Position numbers and translations under genes: made by a program
Source of the DNA: Octopus vulgaris
Taxonomy: Eukaryota
Length of the DNA: 64,000 nucleotides
NCBI GenBank assembly: GCA_951406725.2
Contig: OX597831.1
Coordinates: 82,832,001-82,896,000, forward strand
Direction: 5' to 3'
Shown here: positions 29,433 to 43,098 of the stretch, one piece after another
Numbering within the stretch: position 1 is the stretch's first letter
How the letters are laid out: every line of letters begins with the position of its first letter
The notes under the pieces: generated by a model
The model's input: only the letters and a program-made list of their open reading frames with translations
Told to the model about the DNA's origin: nothing
Database searches by the model: none

Positions 29433-29889
29433 CACGGGCTGTGGATTTAGTTGCCAATGACCCAACCATGCAACCGTTTGTACTGCATTCCAGGTAACCA
29501 GTAGCACTCAGGGATGTATACATATATGTTACTAATAACACACACATATATATATATATATACATACATATATGGGTAAAGGATGTCACCAACTGAAAAC
29601 AACGAGTTAAATACATGAACAACAAGAGGAAAAATGGGAAACAGGATAAGTAACACAATGAACGACCCTTCATCAGTTGTCGGTCTGTCTGTCTACTCCT
29701 CATTTCAAGCATTCAACGACAAAATATGTGTCTTCAAGGAGAGTAGCTCCCATAACTTCCAAAATAAGTTTTGGATTTTACGGAGGGCCAAAGTTGGGAA
29801 CAAAAACAATAGCAACATGTAATAAAAACATCTTTAAATGATTATTCTGGAGCATATTCACCATCTACTTCAATTACTGCTTCCCATTT

Positions 29890-30004
29890 GTTTGGCAGAT
29901 GGTCAGACCATCATTTAATGATGTTTTTGTTAAATATTGTTATTGTTTTTGTTGAATAAAATTTGTTGAAAAAATAGCTGCAATAATTATGCACCAACCC
30001 GATA
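29890..30004 (+). mobile_element. Mariner 3'-terminal remnant with TIR
   Basis: gcaataattatgcaccaacccga|ta resembles mariner TIRs of the ttggtgca...attgc type. Confidence 0.55.
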
Positions 30005-30164
30005 TATATAGATATAAATATATATATAAATATGTGTGTGTGTGTTTATATGCATATATATATATATTCTCATATATATGTGTATATGTGTATGTGTGAG
30101 TATTTAAGAGCACAGGCTTGAAATGCCATTGATTCTTCCATATTTCCTGAGTGTCAAACAAAGG

Positions 30165-30490
30165 GCATTCCAAAAGTATCTGATTTTATTTGTTCCTGCC
30201 AAAACTAATGTTACTTTGGTAAAATCCTTTGGATGAGAGGCGATGCCACCCGTCCTGCTTATGTGTGAGAATCTTCATGCCAGTAGGCTGCATTGGTTCC
30301 TGGTTGTTATGCCTAGTACAGAGGTGTTTTGTGTGCTTTTTGGACTTACATTTTCATGTGAGGTGAGCGAATGTATAAAGCAGGGATCATAAACCCATGT
30401 CTCATCACCAGTGGTAATGTTTTTTATGAACCTTGGGGTTGGGATTTGCACAATACAGCATGTCCTGAGTAATTTCCACTTTGGAGATGA
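30165..30490. mobile_element. Rearranged mariner remnant
   Basis: The minus strand at about 30385-30420 reads TTGDETWVY (first catalytic D motif). A TIR-like aagggcattccaaaagtatc starts on the plus strand. Confidence 0.55.
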
Positions 30491-30721
30491 TCAAATAACA
30501 CCGTTTAGAAGACTCTATGCTGGGAACGACCAATTATAAGCCCCATTGGAACTCACACACATGGTACAGGAAACTTATATATACACATGCTAATATATGA
30601 CCTACGTTGGACTCCTTATTCACATAAACACCACACCTGGAGCTTAACTATAGTCAGTCCATTGCAGTTACTCAGCATTACCTGACACCTTTGGGTCTTC
30701 TTGACACCAATACCTCTCATA

Positions 30722-30768
<47 letters not shown>

Positions 30769-30773
<5 letters not shown>

Positions 30774-31162
30774 ATATTTCGGAATGGTCATTTTGCCTGT
30801 TTAGCCAATAAAAAAAACAAATTACATGAACGTATATAAACAGAAGATACAAATATTACAGGCATCCCCCCCCACACACACTAAATAAACATAGACACAC
30901 ATAGAGATATAAGCATGCGCAAAAGAAGACATACAATAGAAATACAAAATGGCTGATGGTTAGTAAGGAGAGACACAAATAAGAAAGAAGAAAACAAAAG
31001 ACCACTGATGCGGTCACAGGAGTGTGACGAAAGAACTCTGGCCAAAATAAGATTAAGATTAATGTAAAAAATAAATTACACTGAAGCAAAATAACACCAA
31101 ATATATAGTGCGTGTGTTATTATTGGCTAAACTGGCAAAATGACCATTCCGAAATATAACAA
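30769..31162. mobile_element. About 395-bp non-autonomous element with ~43-bp terminal inverted repeats, abutting (TA)n
   Basis: Left ttgttatatttcggaatggtcattttgcctgtttagccaataa versus reverse complement of right ttgttatatttcggaatggtcattttgccagtttagccaataa (1 mismatch). Confidence 0.9.
31000..31043 (+). ncRNA. Minimal type I hammerhead-ribozyme-like motif with a variant core
   Basis: gacca CUGAUGCG gucac-aggagu-gugac GAAA g-aa-c UC uggcc: perfect 5-bp stem II, GAAA, NUH = CUC, stem I with one mismatch. The core deviates from CUGANGA. Confidence 0.5.
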
Positions 31163-31221
31163 TATCTGTTTCAACACACGACTTCACATAAAAAATCTTG
31201 CACAACAAATATATAAATGTA

Positions 31222-31274
<53 letters not shown>

Positions 31275-32289
31275 TTTACAAATTGAGATAGGGGTTGTAA
31301 ATGCAACCCTCCATGTACGGATGTATGTTTTTCTTATACATATGAGTACGCAGGTGCGTATTTGGATATGTATATATGTACATGCAAATATTTATTCATG
31401 GGTGGATATAAGTATAGATTTTATTTGTACGTATGAGTGCGCAGATATATATTTAAATATGTATATATGTGTGTGTGAATGTTCCCTGATACAGTATATG
31501 AGAGTGTATTAATATTTATGAGTATATGCGGATGTACGTGTGAGTGTGTGTGTTAGTGTATAGACACTGCTGCCTGTACTGATTTGTCTATAAGCCATGC
31601 GATGACAGACATACACTCTGCAATCTAGTGAATGTGTAGGGATGTGTCGGGGTGTATTCATGTGTGTGTGCATGTGTGTGTGGGGTTTTATGTGGATGTG
31701 TGGGTTTAGGGTTGGATGTGGATGTGTATGTTTTTTCCTGTGCGGTGTGGTGGAGGTCGGGCAGCTCTCAGCGAACCAGCCATGAGGAAGACAATGATAA
31801 TTTAAATTCAAATCCAATAGTGTATTTATGTCATAAGGAAAATTACTAACTGGAACCCGGACATACATATGTGTCACTTTGGATCCTAATGTAAGAGTTA
31901 TTAATAATATTATGAATGATAATAATGGTAGCATTAATGGTATTGACAACGATAATGATGCTAACTTTAATGACACTTTGGAAATTAGTAGGAAGTAATA
32001 TAATGTACTATTGACCATGTATATTTGCATCTAGGTAATAATATGTGTATGTTTATTATAGGTACTAATAGGTACTAATAGGTATTATAGGTACATCTAG
32101 GTACTAATATGTGTATGTTTATTATATGTGTATGTTTATTATATGTGTATGGTTGAAATATTAAGTTGAAAAACTGAAACATTAAATGTGGAACACATTT
32201 ATGTTTACTAATTTATATTATTTATTTACATCATTATGTATATTTTTATATGTATAGGTGTGTGAGTATATGCACTCATATGTATATGT

Positions 32290-32420
32290 ATATCTCCGAA
32301 GAGGCCTTGTGATATTTTTGTAAATGTCTCATTTATATCTATATATTGACCTACCATAAAAGGCTAATATTGGTAAAATGAGACATACTTATCTACATGG
32401 CCGAAACAGCTGTAAGATGT
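32290..32420 (+). ncRNA. Type I hammerhead ribozyme motif (U4C core variant, extended stem II)
   Basis: auaucu CCGAAGA ggcc...ggcc GAAA cagcug UA agaugu. Stem I is 6 bp. Stem II contains an inner perfect 11-bp helix (32324-32334 with 32376-32386). Stem III is palindromic. Predicted cut is after A32414. Confidence 0.65.
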
Positions 32421-32649
32421 AATCTATACTTATATTTATATTCACTTATATTTATATTCTCTTTTTTATATATATTCTACTTATTATACAACATTACTCT
32501 TTTGTACATTCCTTTATGTACACTGATTTGTTCTACTTTTTTATGTTTAACCCTACAGTCTCTTATGTGGTGGTTTAATAAAGTATGTGATTGAGTTTTA
32601 TCTGGTAATTGATATTTGATTTAGATGTATTTCTCCATTTTCTTATCTT

Positions 32650-33065
<416 letters not shown>

Positions 33066-34594
33066 TACTTGTTAATTCTATTTGTGGCAGAATATTCTAA
33101 TGAGGCAAAGATAGCCTAAGGTTTGGTGTGAGGGGCCAAATGTCAGATGGTCATTTTTAAGTTAAAATGTTGTTGCAGTCATTATGAATTGCCTCTGAGC
33201 AAAGCCCACAACACAGCATGTCTCAGGCTGCCTGGCTGACAACAAGCTCCACTCCTATGGTTTGGAAGGTCAACATTTTCTAAATAAAGAATACATCAAT
33301 TTATGAATTTATATGAGTGTGGAGAGAGGGTGGAGATAGAGATAGAGAAAGAGATAGAGAGAGCAGAGAAAGAAAGAGAGAGAGAGAGAGAGAGTGTGTG
33401 TGTGTGTGTCAGTCAGAGAAAGTGGAAAGTTCAAAGAGAAGCAAGGAATGTCTAAGTCTTTCTCAAAGTATATTTGGCAAAGGACATAACTGAAAATGAA
33501 AGATGAAGTAAGAGTGAGTCAAAATCTCTGCCAAAGAACGGAAAAAATAAAACAAAAAATGTAAGAAAAATACTGAAAGAAACAAAAATATTGGCGAAAA
33601 ATAACAGTAGTAAAAATAACACACACACACATAAATGTGTGTGTCTGTATATGTGTATATTATATATATATATATATAATATACACATATATGTATTAAA
33701 TATATATTTATGAATCTATGTACACTGTAGATATATGAAATATACATATAATAATAACAATGATGACAAAAAATAAGAGATAAGTTATTGAACAAAATAT
33801 TGTGGAGAAAATGGCTGTTCAGGAGGGGTGGGAAGAGACAAAGAAATCAGACATGGAATCTTTTCAACAATGACATACATATACAGTAGATATACACACA
33901 TGCACACACACACAAAGAAACATTACGTACATATACACATATACATACATACACATATATATATATATATATATACACACAATGTATGTTTTAAAGTGGG
34001 AAAAAATTCAGCAATGTCTTCTTGTTTTTTTCCTTCCCCCAACACAATTACATAAGTAACTACTGCAAATCCTATCCACCCATGAACCTCACCCCTCGAC
34101 AGATAATGTCAAATAATAACATTTTCGTTGTTGTTACAATTTTAGTTTCAATTTTAAATGTAAATTCTAAATAAAACTCCATCAATCAAGAAATATTGGA
34201 CCATTCCAACTAGGATTGTCCAAACAGACTCACATTTACAATGTTTATGATGTTCGTCTTGGTTATTAGCTTATGTCTGTTCCCTGCCAATCCAGTAATG
34301 TCTGTCCAGACTGAACATTTACAGTCCACACACAATGGAAGACACAGCAAAATACCTCGTGGGTGTGTGTGCATGCATGTATGTTTATACAAACATACAT
34401 ATATATACATATACACATACACATGCATACATACACATACATATACATACATATACACATGCATATACACATGCATATACATACATACATATATATACAC
34501 ACACAATGTCTTCAGGCTAAATTTGACAGATTGCATAAAAGGAAAAAAAAGCATAATATTCCCATATTATTGTTGTTGTTGTTGTTGTTGTTAT

Positions 34595-34915
34595 GGCAAG
34601 CTGGCAGAATCGTTAGTGTGTTGGATAGAATGCTTCAATAGCATTTCTTCTAACTTTACATTCTGTGTTCAAATGCCGTCAGCGTCAACTTTGCTTTCAA
34701 CCTTTCGAGATTGATAAAATAAGTACCAGATGAAATCGACTTACTTCCTTCTCCAAAATTGCTGGCATTGTGCCAAAATTTGAAACCATTATTATTATGA
34801 TTAAGGTGGTGTTCTGGCAGAGTCATTAGCATGCTGGGAGTATTTCGCCTGTCTTTTTGTTCTGAGTTCAAATTCTGCAGAGGTTGACTTTGCCTTTCAC
34901 CCCTTTGGCCTTGTG
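34595..34915 (+). mobile_element. Two family A SINEs (one near full length, one partial)
   Basis: ggcaagctggcagaatcgttagtgtg...ttctgtgttcaaatgcc...ctttcaacctttcgagattgataaaataagtacc; the second head is at 34803. Confidence 0.8.
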
Positions 34916-34926
34916 CCACTGAGAAG

Positions 34927-36205
34927 CATCATCGTCATTTAAGGTCCGTTGTCCATGTGGGCGTGGGTTGGATGGTTTGACCAGAGCTGATGAGCTGAAG
35001 AGCTGTACCAGATTCCAGTCTGATTTGGCATGGTTTCTACAGCTTCTACCTTCCTAACATGCCAACCACTTTACAGAGTGTGCTGGGTACTTTTATGTGG
35101 CTCCACCACAGAACTCTTACAGGTCAATCCTCCCGGCTCCAGGGGTGATGGTCTTAACACTTCAGCTGTGGAGTGTGGATCTTCTTGAGTATAGCAAGGC
35201 ATCAGGTATCTTGGTCCTTTTTCATCTCACCTGAAAGATTCAGCATCCGGAGGTCATTCTTCAGTACTCCGTCCCATATCTTTCTGGGTCTTCCACTTTC
35301 ACATGTCCCATCTACTTTGAGACATTGGCACTTCTTTATGGAGCCGTCAGCATCCATCCAAATCACATGACCAAACCAGTGCAGTCTTCTCTCTTGCACA
35401 CAGCAACCAATTCCCCTTATGCCGAACTTCTCTCTCAATACACTAGCACTCTTCTGTCAAACATGTCTACTTACATTACACATCCAACAGAGCCTCATTT
35501 TTCACTAACCTTTGCATATCCTTTGCATTCAAGGCCCACGTCTTACGACCATGTAGCATTGTTGTCTATATACGTGCATCATACAATCTTCCTTTCACTC
35601 AGATCAAGAAACCTCCATCCTATTCTTATTTTAGCTATCACACTCTCCATGCATCCTCCTCCCATTACTAATTTGGTCCCCTAGGTGCCAGAAATTACCC
35701 ACTACCTCTAATGAACCCCAAGGGCATTTCAGAAAATCAATCTCCCAAGTCTCTATAGTTTCTATGGATCCTGTGCATCTTCCACATATGACCTTCTCTG
35801 ATAACCTTCCTATTAATCCACTGCACCTCTTGTGTGTCCATAGCTTTCACTGGGTACATTGTATGGAGTTCCTGCCTACACTTTTCCAACTAATTAAAAA
35901 GGCCACAGACCTGAAGGGCGTAGGGTCCTGTTGTTTCCTTGCTTACTAGGACTTTAGTCTTTGCTAAGTTAACTTTAAGGCCCTTAGATTCCAGGTTTTG
36001 TGCCCACACCTGGAATTTCTCTACTAGCTCTGATATGGAATCTGCTAAGAGGACAAGATCATCAATAATATAGTAGTAGTTCCCAGGGGCTGCCAGTCTT
36101 GAATTCCTCTGTTATGGCCCAGAGGACACTAAGGAAATGGAGGGGATGGAGGACTGAGCCCTGATGAACCACTACCTGTACACCAAATTCTTCAGTATAC
36201 TCACT
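34927..36205 (-). mobile_element. Diverged 5'-truncated RTE LINE
   Basis: Minus ORF REKFGIRGIGCCVQERRLHWFGHVIWMDADGSIKKC...GRPRKIWD. It retains the RT VHQGSVL motif (about 36140-36170) and the family 3' tail. Confidence 0.88.
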
Positions 36206-36408
36206 GGGGGTGATCTAATTGACTGGTCTCAGGCCTTGTACCTATAGCAGAAAGGATTATTATTATGCCACCAAAAGTGGCTTTATCTTTCATCTTTTTC
36301 AACATCAATAAAATAAAGAAGAACCACTCAAGCACTGAGCGTCAAAAAATAACAGACCTTGTGCCAAAATGAGAAAAATTATTATCATTATTATCATTAT
36401 CATTATTA

Positions 36409-36455
<47 letters not shown>

Positions 36456-37252
36456 TGCAACATTATCAAAAACTGGATGCTCATATTTCTTTATCTCATT
36501 TTCCAGGAAGTAACAAATGTTTGTTAATTCCTCCCATACGCCTGTTTTTCCAACAGTATAAACTGCCATTCTTTAAAACAGAATTGTCTTTTTATTATCT
36601 TTTTAAATATTTCAGGACAAAAACAGAAAACCACAGCGAGTGAGAGGAGCAACCCCACCGACCAAATAAGTAAAGGTTAAATACGATATTCATATTGGTT
36701 TGAAATTTCTCAACTAAACTATAAAACATGGTTTTTATAGAAAGATGAATTGATATAAAACAAGAACAACAACAACATTAATAAAGATTGTAATTAGAAA
36801 AAGAAAGATGTGATTATGAATGGTGTAAAAGTTATAGATAATATCTAAACTCATTTGTGTTGGTTTCTGATTATCTGAAGCCTTAATCACTTTAGCTTGA
36901 CCAGGTATCTACACCTGTTGTACAAGCTTGGTTAAGGGTTTTGTAAAAGATTGCCAAGTGCTCAACCCTAAACCTCTCCAAACCTCTGATGTTGGCCAAG
37001 AGAAAGGCCACTGTTTTATGGTTGACACAACTTGGCATCTGTGTCATCACAGTTGGTGGTCTCAGAATGTAAAACTCTGGAACAGATAATGCCAACCATT
37101 TTATTCACCTCTTTTAACAGTTTGATAATCCACTGTCTTGAATTAGTACATTTTTTTCTCATCTCCAAGGACATATGTAGAGTTCTTTAATTAAAAACAA
37201 CCTACATATTCTAGAATCATTCTCAGATCTGGCAGTAAACCATTAGACTGGG

Positions 37253-37293
37253 CTCTGCTGATGAGGTTTAATAAGATAGAAACACATCCAAAG
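37253..37293 (+). ncRNA. Decayed minimal hammerhead-ribozyme relic
   Basis: cucug CUGAUGA gguuuaauaagaua GAAA caca UC caaag. Core motifs are intact. The stems carry mismatches consistent with CpG decay of GAAACGCGUC. Confidence 0.4.
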
Positions 37294-39269
37294 AATGTCC
37301 TGCTAAGGAAGAGGGTCATTCCCTACTATATTCTTGTTTAAATATAGAGTTGTCCCTTTTATATATTTCTTAACCAAAATTGGTCCTGAAATAATGATTT
37401 TTTTTCTCTCCACTAAAAATGTCATCTTCATCTTTTTAAATCTACTTTTTCATGTTGGCATGGGTTGGAAGGAACATGACTGTACTTATTTGGAGTCACT
37501 AACCTCCTGTGCGCATCAGAGACCATAGCTTTGTCATATATTACATGTTTGGCCTGTCTCCTGGAACTGGATGCTCTTCCTAACACCACCTACTTTATTG
37601 AGAAGTTGTCTTGTCCCCATTACAACTAAAAAGCTCTTGCTACCCCACCATCACTCTCTTCGTCCACAAACCCCTTTACAGGATCTACAATGTGTATTTT
37701 ATTGTCCTCCCAGCACTTGTAGGATTGCTTCAATCCTCATAATTTTAATTAGAATTTCTTTGGCTCATTACGTTACCGATATTAAAACCAACATTTCTGG
37801 TGTTGAAATATCGTCACAAACAGCAGTTATTGTGTGATTCCCTTTCATGATCCTCAATGAAGGTACATGGCCTCCTCGCAGTTAGGGGTTGGGCTCACAA
37901 TCTTATGGTTATGAGTTTGATCACTAGATTGGATAGTATATTGTACCCTTGAGCAAGGCACTTCATTTTCCCGTTACTTCAGTCAGTTACAAAAGAAGTA
38001 ACAGTCCAGGACTTGTGGAGCCACCTTTCTTTTTCCCCACCACACCCAACTGTCACATCCAGAATGTTCTGTTGGTTAGGAAGACGGAGAAGGGCTCTCC
38101 ATCTGTTCAAGACCCCTAAAACTATTAACCAAAACATGCTACCAGGTGACTATCACTTGCCAGTGATGGCCAAGGTTATTTTCTGTCCTCTACTTCAATA
38201 CTCAACTACATCAATCACTAGAGCATCTCCATTAAACCCCAGCCAATTCTCATCTATTTTTAGTTGCTATCATGCTCAGCCTTTCCCATTCAAAGTGGTT
38301 CACAGACTTCCATAAATATATTTAAACTCATCATAAAGAGATCAAGTTATTGGATTAATAATGTTCTTTCCAGATGTTCTCCCAATTGTTAATAAATCTA
38401 AAAAGGTAAATTAAGTAATTAACTTAAGTAATCTATAAATTAGGCTAAGTAATTATAGCTATATGGCTGCCAATTAATGTTTTAGCAAACCAGCAAATAG
38501 ACTTGTGAATGTCCATCATAAGAATTGACATTCGTAATCCAGCTTTACTGAAACTGACAGTCGTTGGGTGGAACAAAGCAGCAGACGTCTTCTTCTAGGT
38601 TTCACTCTTTGTTCGTCCAAACTACTTTATTTCAAAGTCGCTCTAAGCCTCTTTCTGATTTGGTTTACTATCAATCCATTAGAGAGGATCTTTCAACTAT
38701 CATCATCATCATCACCACAAACATCCCCGGTGATGTCCATTATATAAGAACAAACATAAAAACAGATTCATTGAATTTCAACTTGCCCTTCTTAGTTCAG
38801 TTCAACATTATTGATTTAAACAGAGATCAATAAAAGTGAACGAACCAATAAAACATTGATTGGAATAATTTACAACATTTAGTTTCACTACATGCTGGTC
38901 AGAGTTCAAGTCTCATGTGGGTCGTAGTCATTGTTTGGCATTGAAAATAATACCAGAAACATACTGGGGTCAGTTTCCTACATCACATCTTCCAACCTGG
39001 TCAGTAAAATATTGGTAATGTGCTGCCATTACTAAGAATACTTCATCCAATCAGCTCTCTCTCTCTCTCTCTCTCTCTGAATAACTCTGTTATTCACTGG
39101 GAAAAGACAGCAAAACCCTGTAAAGAGTCATCTCTTTATATCTGGGGTCACTTCACATACAAAGTCCCCTTATAGCTGAAGTCAGTCATCCCTGCCATTT
39201 AATCTGCTGTAGCAGCTTTAAAAATCAAAAACTCTTCACAAAGCCGCCACCGCATACCACCACCACTAG

Positions 39270-39660
39270 GATTTTCCCTTTCACCCCACCCTTAACAGTG
39301 CCCTGAAGAATGGTTTGGGACAAGGAGCTGTAGAAGGACACATGACCATCCCAGGCAAGCTTTCATCTTTTTACCTGAGCAAGGAATGGTCCATGTCTGC
39401 CAGCCTGTTTGTTGAATTGCTACTTTACAAAGCTGTTCATTCTGTACAGGATGGGAAACAGCCTTCTGAAGCGTTGGGCCTCAAATGTCTGGATTCTTCA
39501 CTGCACGTCAGCTGTAAGAGTCCAGCTCTCACACCCATACCAAAAGGATCAAAGTCACCAAAGGACTTGTACATGCTGAGTCTTGTTGGAAACCTAATGG
39601 AATTACTTTTCCATAAAGTGTTCAGCTTCATCACAGCAGCAGAGGCTAAACCAAGTCTTC
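39270..39660 (-). mobile_element. Old RTE-clade LINE fragment (second family)
   Basis: The minus strand reads LNTLWKSNSIRFPTRLSMYKS, then (shifted) GCESWTLTADVQ*RIQTFE...VKR*KLAWDGHV...QTILQGT, which are typical RTE C-terminal motifs. Confidence 0.75.
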
Positions 39661-40454
39661 ACGAAGATAATTAACACTACAAAGAGATGTCAGTTGCTAA
39701 ATGCTACTTTATTCTTCTTCTAACAGGTCTATGATGGAAGACATTTGTGCCATCACCATCAGATCTTTTATTGAGACACATCTATCTAGGACTGCATTAA
39801 CTAAAGTCATTCAATTTTTTCAAGCAGAAAGTTTTAGCTGTTATTTCTAGCAAGTAAAGTGGGCACATGTAGAGACTCCTGCAGTGATTCATTATTTCAT
39901 TACCGATTATTGAATTACTGCAACCAATAAGGAATTCTAAATTATACAACCTCAACTATTCACTTCCTCTCTATTTTAGTGAAAGTTTTTTGTCTTTGGA
40001 CAAAGTATGGTTTGCTTCAGTGATTCAGACAAAACATGTCCCTCCTCTTCACAGTTGAGTGACCAGATATAATGTGACCACTAATCAACCAAATAATTAT
40101 TGGTTCCAACAATTTGAATTGACAAATTCACTGAAACCATTTCAGTTATGGTAGCGGCAGAGGAGAGGGGGGAGGAAGAGCAAAGCAATTCGAAAACAAA
40201 GCAAAAATATTATTTCATACAATCAACAGAGTTTAATTTGTAAATATACTTAATGAAGTTGCAAGGACAGGAAGCATAATTGAAGAGTGTTGTGTGGAGG
40301 ACAATCGACTGAATTACTACCTGACAAGTTCATGGTGTGGGGGAGTGGGGGGATTAAATTACACCTGTTCTTATAAGTCCCTTGTTTGTATTAAAGTGCA
40401 TCAATGTGTCATTCAAAATATTTTCTTCTTTAGAATTTCAATATATGTTGAGAA

Positions 40455-42207
40455 TATGGGTGTTTATGGGAAGTGTATATATGGGTGTTTCTGGGAAGTG
40501 CATATATGGGTGTTTATGGGAAGTGCATATATGGGTGTTTATGGGAAGTGTATATATGGGTGTTTATGGGAAGTGTATATATGGGTGTTTATGGGAAGTG
40601 TATATATGGGTGTTTATGGGAAGTGTATATATGGGTGTTTATGGGAAGTGTATATATGGGTGTTTATGGGAAGTGTATATATGGGTGTTTCTGGGAAGTG
40701 TATATATGGGTGTTTATGGGAAGTGTATATATGGGTGTTTATGGGAAGTGTATATATGGGTGTTTATGGGAAGTGTATATATGGGTGTTTATGGGAAGTG
40801 TATATATGGGTGTTTATGGGAAGCGTATATATGGGTGTTTATGGGAAGCATATATATGGGTGTTTATGGGAAGTGTATATATGGGTGTTTATGGGAAGTG
40901 TATATATGGGTGTTTATGGGAAGTGTATATATGGGTGTTTATGGGAAGTGTATATATGGGTGTTTATGGGAAGTGTATATATGGGTGTTTATGGGAAGTG
41001 TATATATGGGTGTTTATGGGAAGTGTATATATGAGTGTTTATGGGAAGTGAATATATGGGTGTTTATGGGAAGTGTATATATGGGTGTTTATGGGAAGTG
41101 TATATATGGGTGTTTATGGGAAGTGTATATATGGGTGTTTATGGGAAGTGTATATATGGGTGTTTATGGGAAGTGTATATATGGGTGTTTATGGGAAGTG
41201 TATAAATGGGTGTTTATGGGAAGTGTATATATGGGTGTTTATGGGAAGTGTATATATGGGTGTTTATGGGAAGTGTATATATGGGTGTTTATGGGAAGTG
41301 TATATATGGGTGTTTATGGGAAGTGTATATATGGGTGTTTATGGGAAGTGTATATATGGGTGTTTATGGGAAGTGTATATATGGGTGTTTATGGAAAGTG
41401 TATATATGAGTGTTTATGGGAAGTGTATAGAGAAGATCCAGGCTGGGAAGTGTATATATGGGTGTTTATGGGAAGTGTATATATGGGTGTTTATGGGAAG
41501 TGTATATATGGGTGTTTATGGGAAGTGTATATATGGGTGTTTATGGGAAGTGTATATATGGGTGTTTATGGGAAGTGTATATATGGGTGTTTCTGGGAAG
41601 TGTATATATGGGTGTTTATAGGAAGTGTATATATGGGTGTTTATGGGAAGTGTATATATGGGTGTTTATGGGAAGTGTATATATGGGTGTTTATGGGAAG
41701 TGTATATATGGGTGTTTATGGGAAGTGTATATATGGGTGTTTATGGGAAGTGTATATATGGGTGTTTATGGGAAGTGTATATATGGGTGTTTATGGGAAG
41801 TGTATATATGGGTGTTTATGGGAAGTGTATATATGGGTGTTTATGGGAAGTGTATATATGGGTGTTTATGGGAAGTGTATATATGGGTGTTTATGGGATG
41901 TGTATATATGGGTGTTTATGGGAAGTGTATATATGGGTGTTTATGGGAAGTGTATATATGGGTGTTTATGGGAAGTGTATATATGGGTGTTAATGGGAAG
42001 TGTATATATGGGTGTTTATGGGAAGTGTATATATGGGTGTTTATGGGAAGTGTATATATGGGTGTTTATGGGAAGTGTATATATGGGTGTTTATGGGGAA
42101 GTGTATATATGGGTGTTTATGGGAAGTGTATATATGGGTGTTTATGGGAAGTGTATATATGGGTGTTTATGGGAAGTGTATATATGGGTGTTTATGGGAA
42201 GTGTATA
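40455..42207. repeat. 25-bp minisatellite, about 70 copies
   Basis: Unit tgtttatgggaagtgtatatatggg; highly homogeneous, with one interruption at about 41428-41444. Confidence 0.97.
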
Positions 42208-42829
42208 GAGAAGATCCAGGCTGAGTGAAGAAAGGCTGTGCATATGTATAGAGAAAGAAATGTTGGAAGCTGGATTAGAGATTTTGATGTTGAGCTGATG
42301 TGAGACTTTGCAAAGGATTTGGCAAACCTCAAATACCTGAGTGAAACCCCAACCGAGGCAGAAAACGAGATTATGGTGAAGGTGATAACATTGAGAAGGA
42401 CAACAACAGATGGTGGTGGTTTGTTTTAACAGAGCTATGTTTACAGGGAACAAAATGCAGTAAACATCCTCAACACAAACAATAAGATCGGCAACAACAT
42501 CAACTACAACAACACCAATAACAACTACAATCTAAACCTAAAAGGCCACTACTCTCTACAAGGAGTATCATCGAGTGAAGTAGCACTCTGAACTACTGAG
42601 TTGACCTTGAGTAATGTCCAACTTACCTAATGTCTCTACTTGAGGAGTGCAATACAGAAGAAGGCTGCTCACTACAAAGGAAACAAACAACATCATTTAC
42701 ACGGATTGTCCCCGTTTTTAGTCACAATTAAGCTTCCTGAACCCAAAGTCGCTTCTCATCACAAGCGTCTGCTTTCTTTCAATCACTTTTATTCCCAACA
42801 ACCAATTCAAGAATTTCTGAGATTTAACC

Positions 42830-42860
<31 letters not shown>

Positions 42861-42903
42861 AAGTATCAAGTCTTGACCACACTGCTTACCATGGGGATGA
42901 GCA

Positions 42904-42941
<38 letters not shown>

Positions 42942-43098
42942 GTGTTTTTGGTAGTTTTGCTGTTGTTGTTGTCGTCACAGTAAGTTGATCACTAATTCCT
43001 ACAATTCTGTTTCTGCTATTGTTATTATGTATGTTTGTGTGTGTGTGTGGTAGAATGCATGTATATATGTGCATAGATGTGTTGTTAGAGTGTATATA

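Noticed and set aside
40455-42207. CRISPR-like array
   Set aside because: Units are contiguous with no unique spacers, there are no cas genes, and the context is eukaryotic.
40294-42228. 608-aa and overlapping long ORFs (GSVYMGVYGKCIYGCLWEVYIWVFM repeats)
   Set aside because: Artefact of a stop-free 25-bp unit, which gives the same 25-aa cycle in all three frames.
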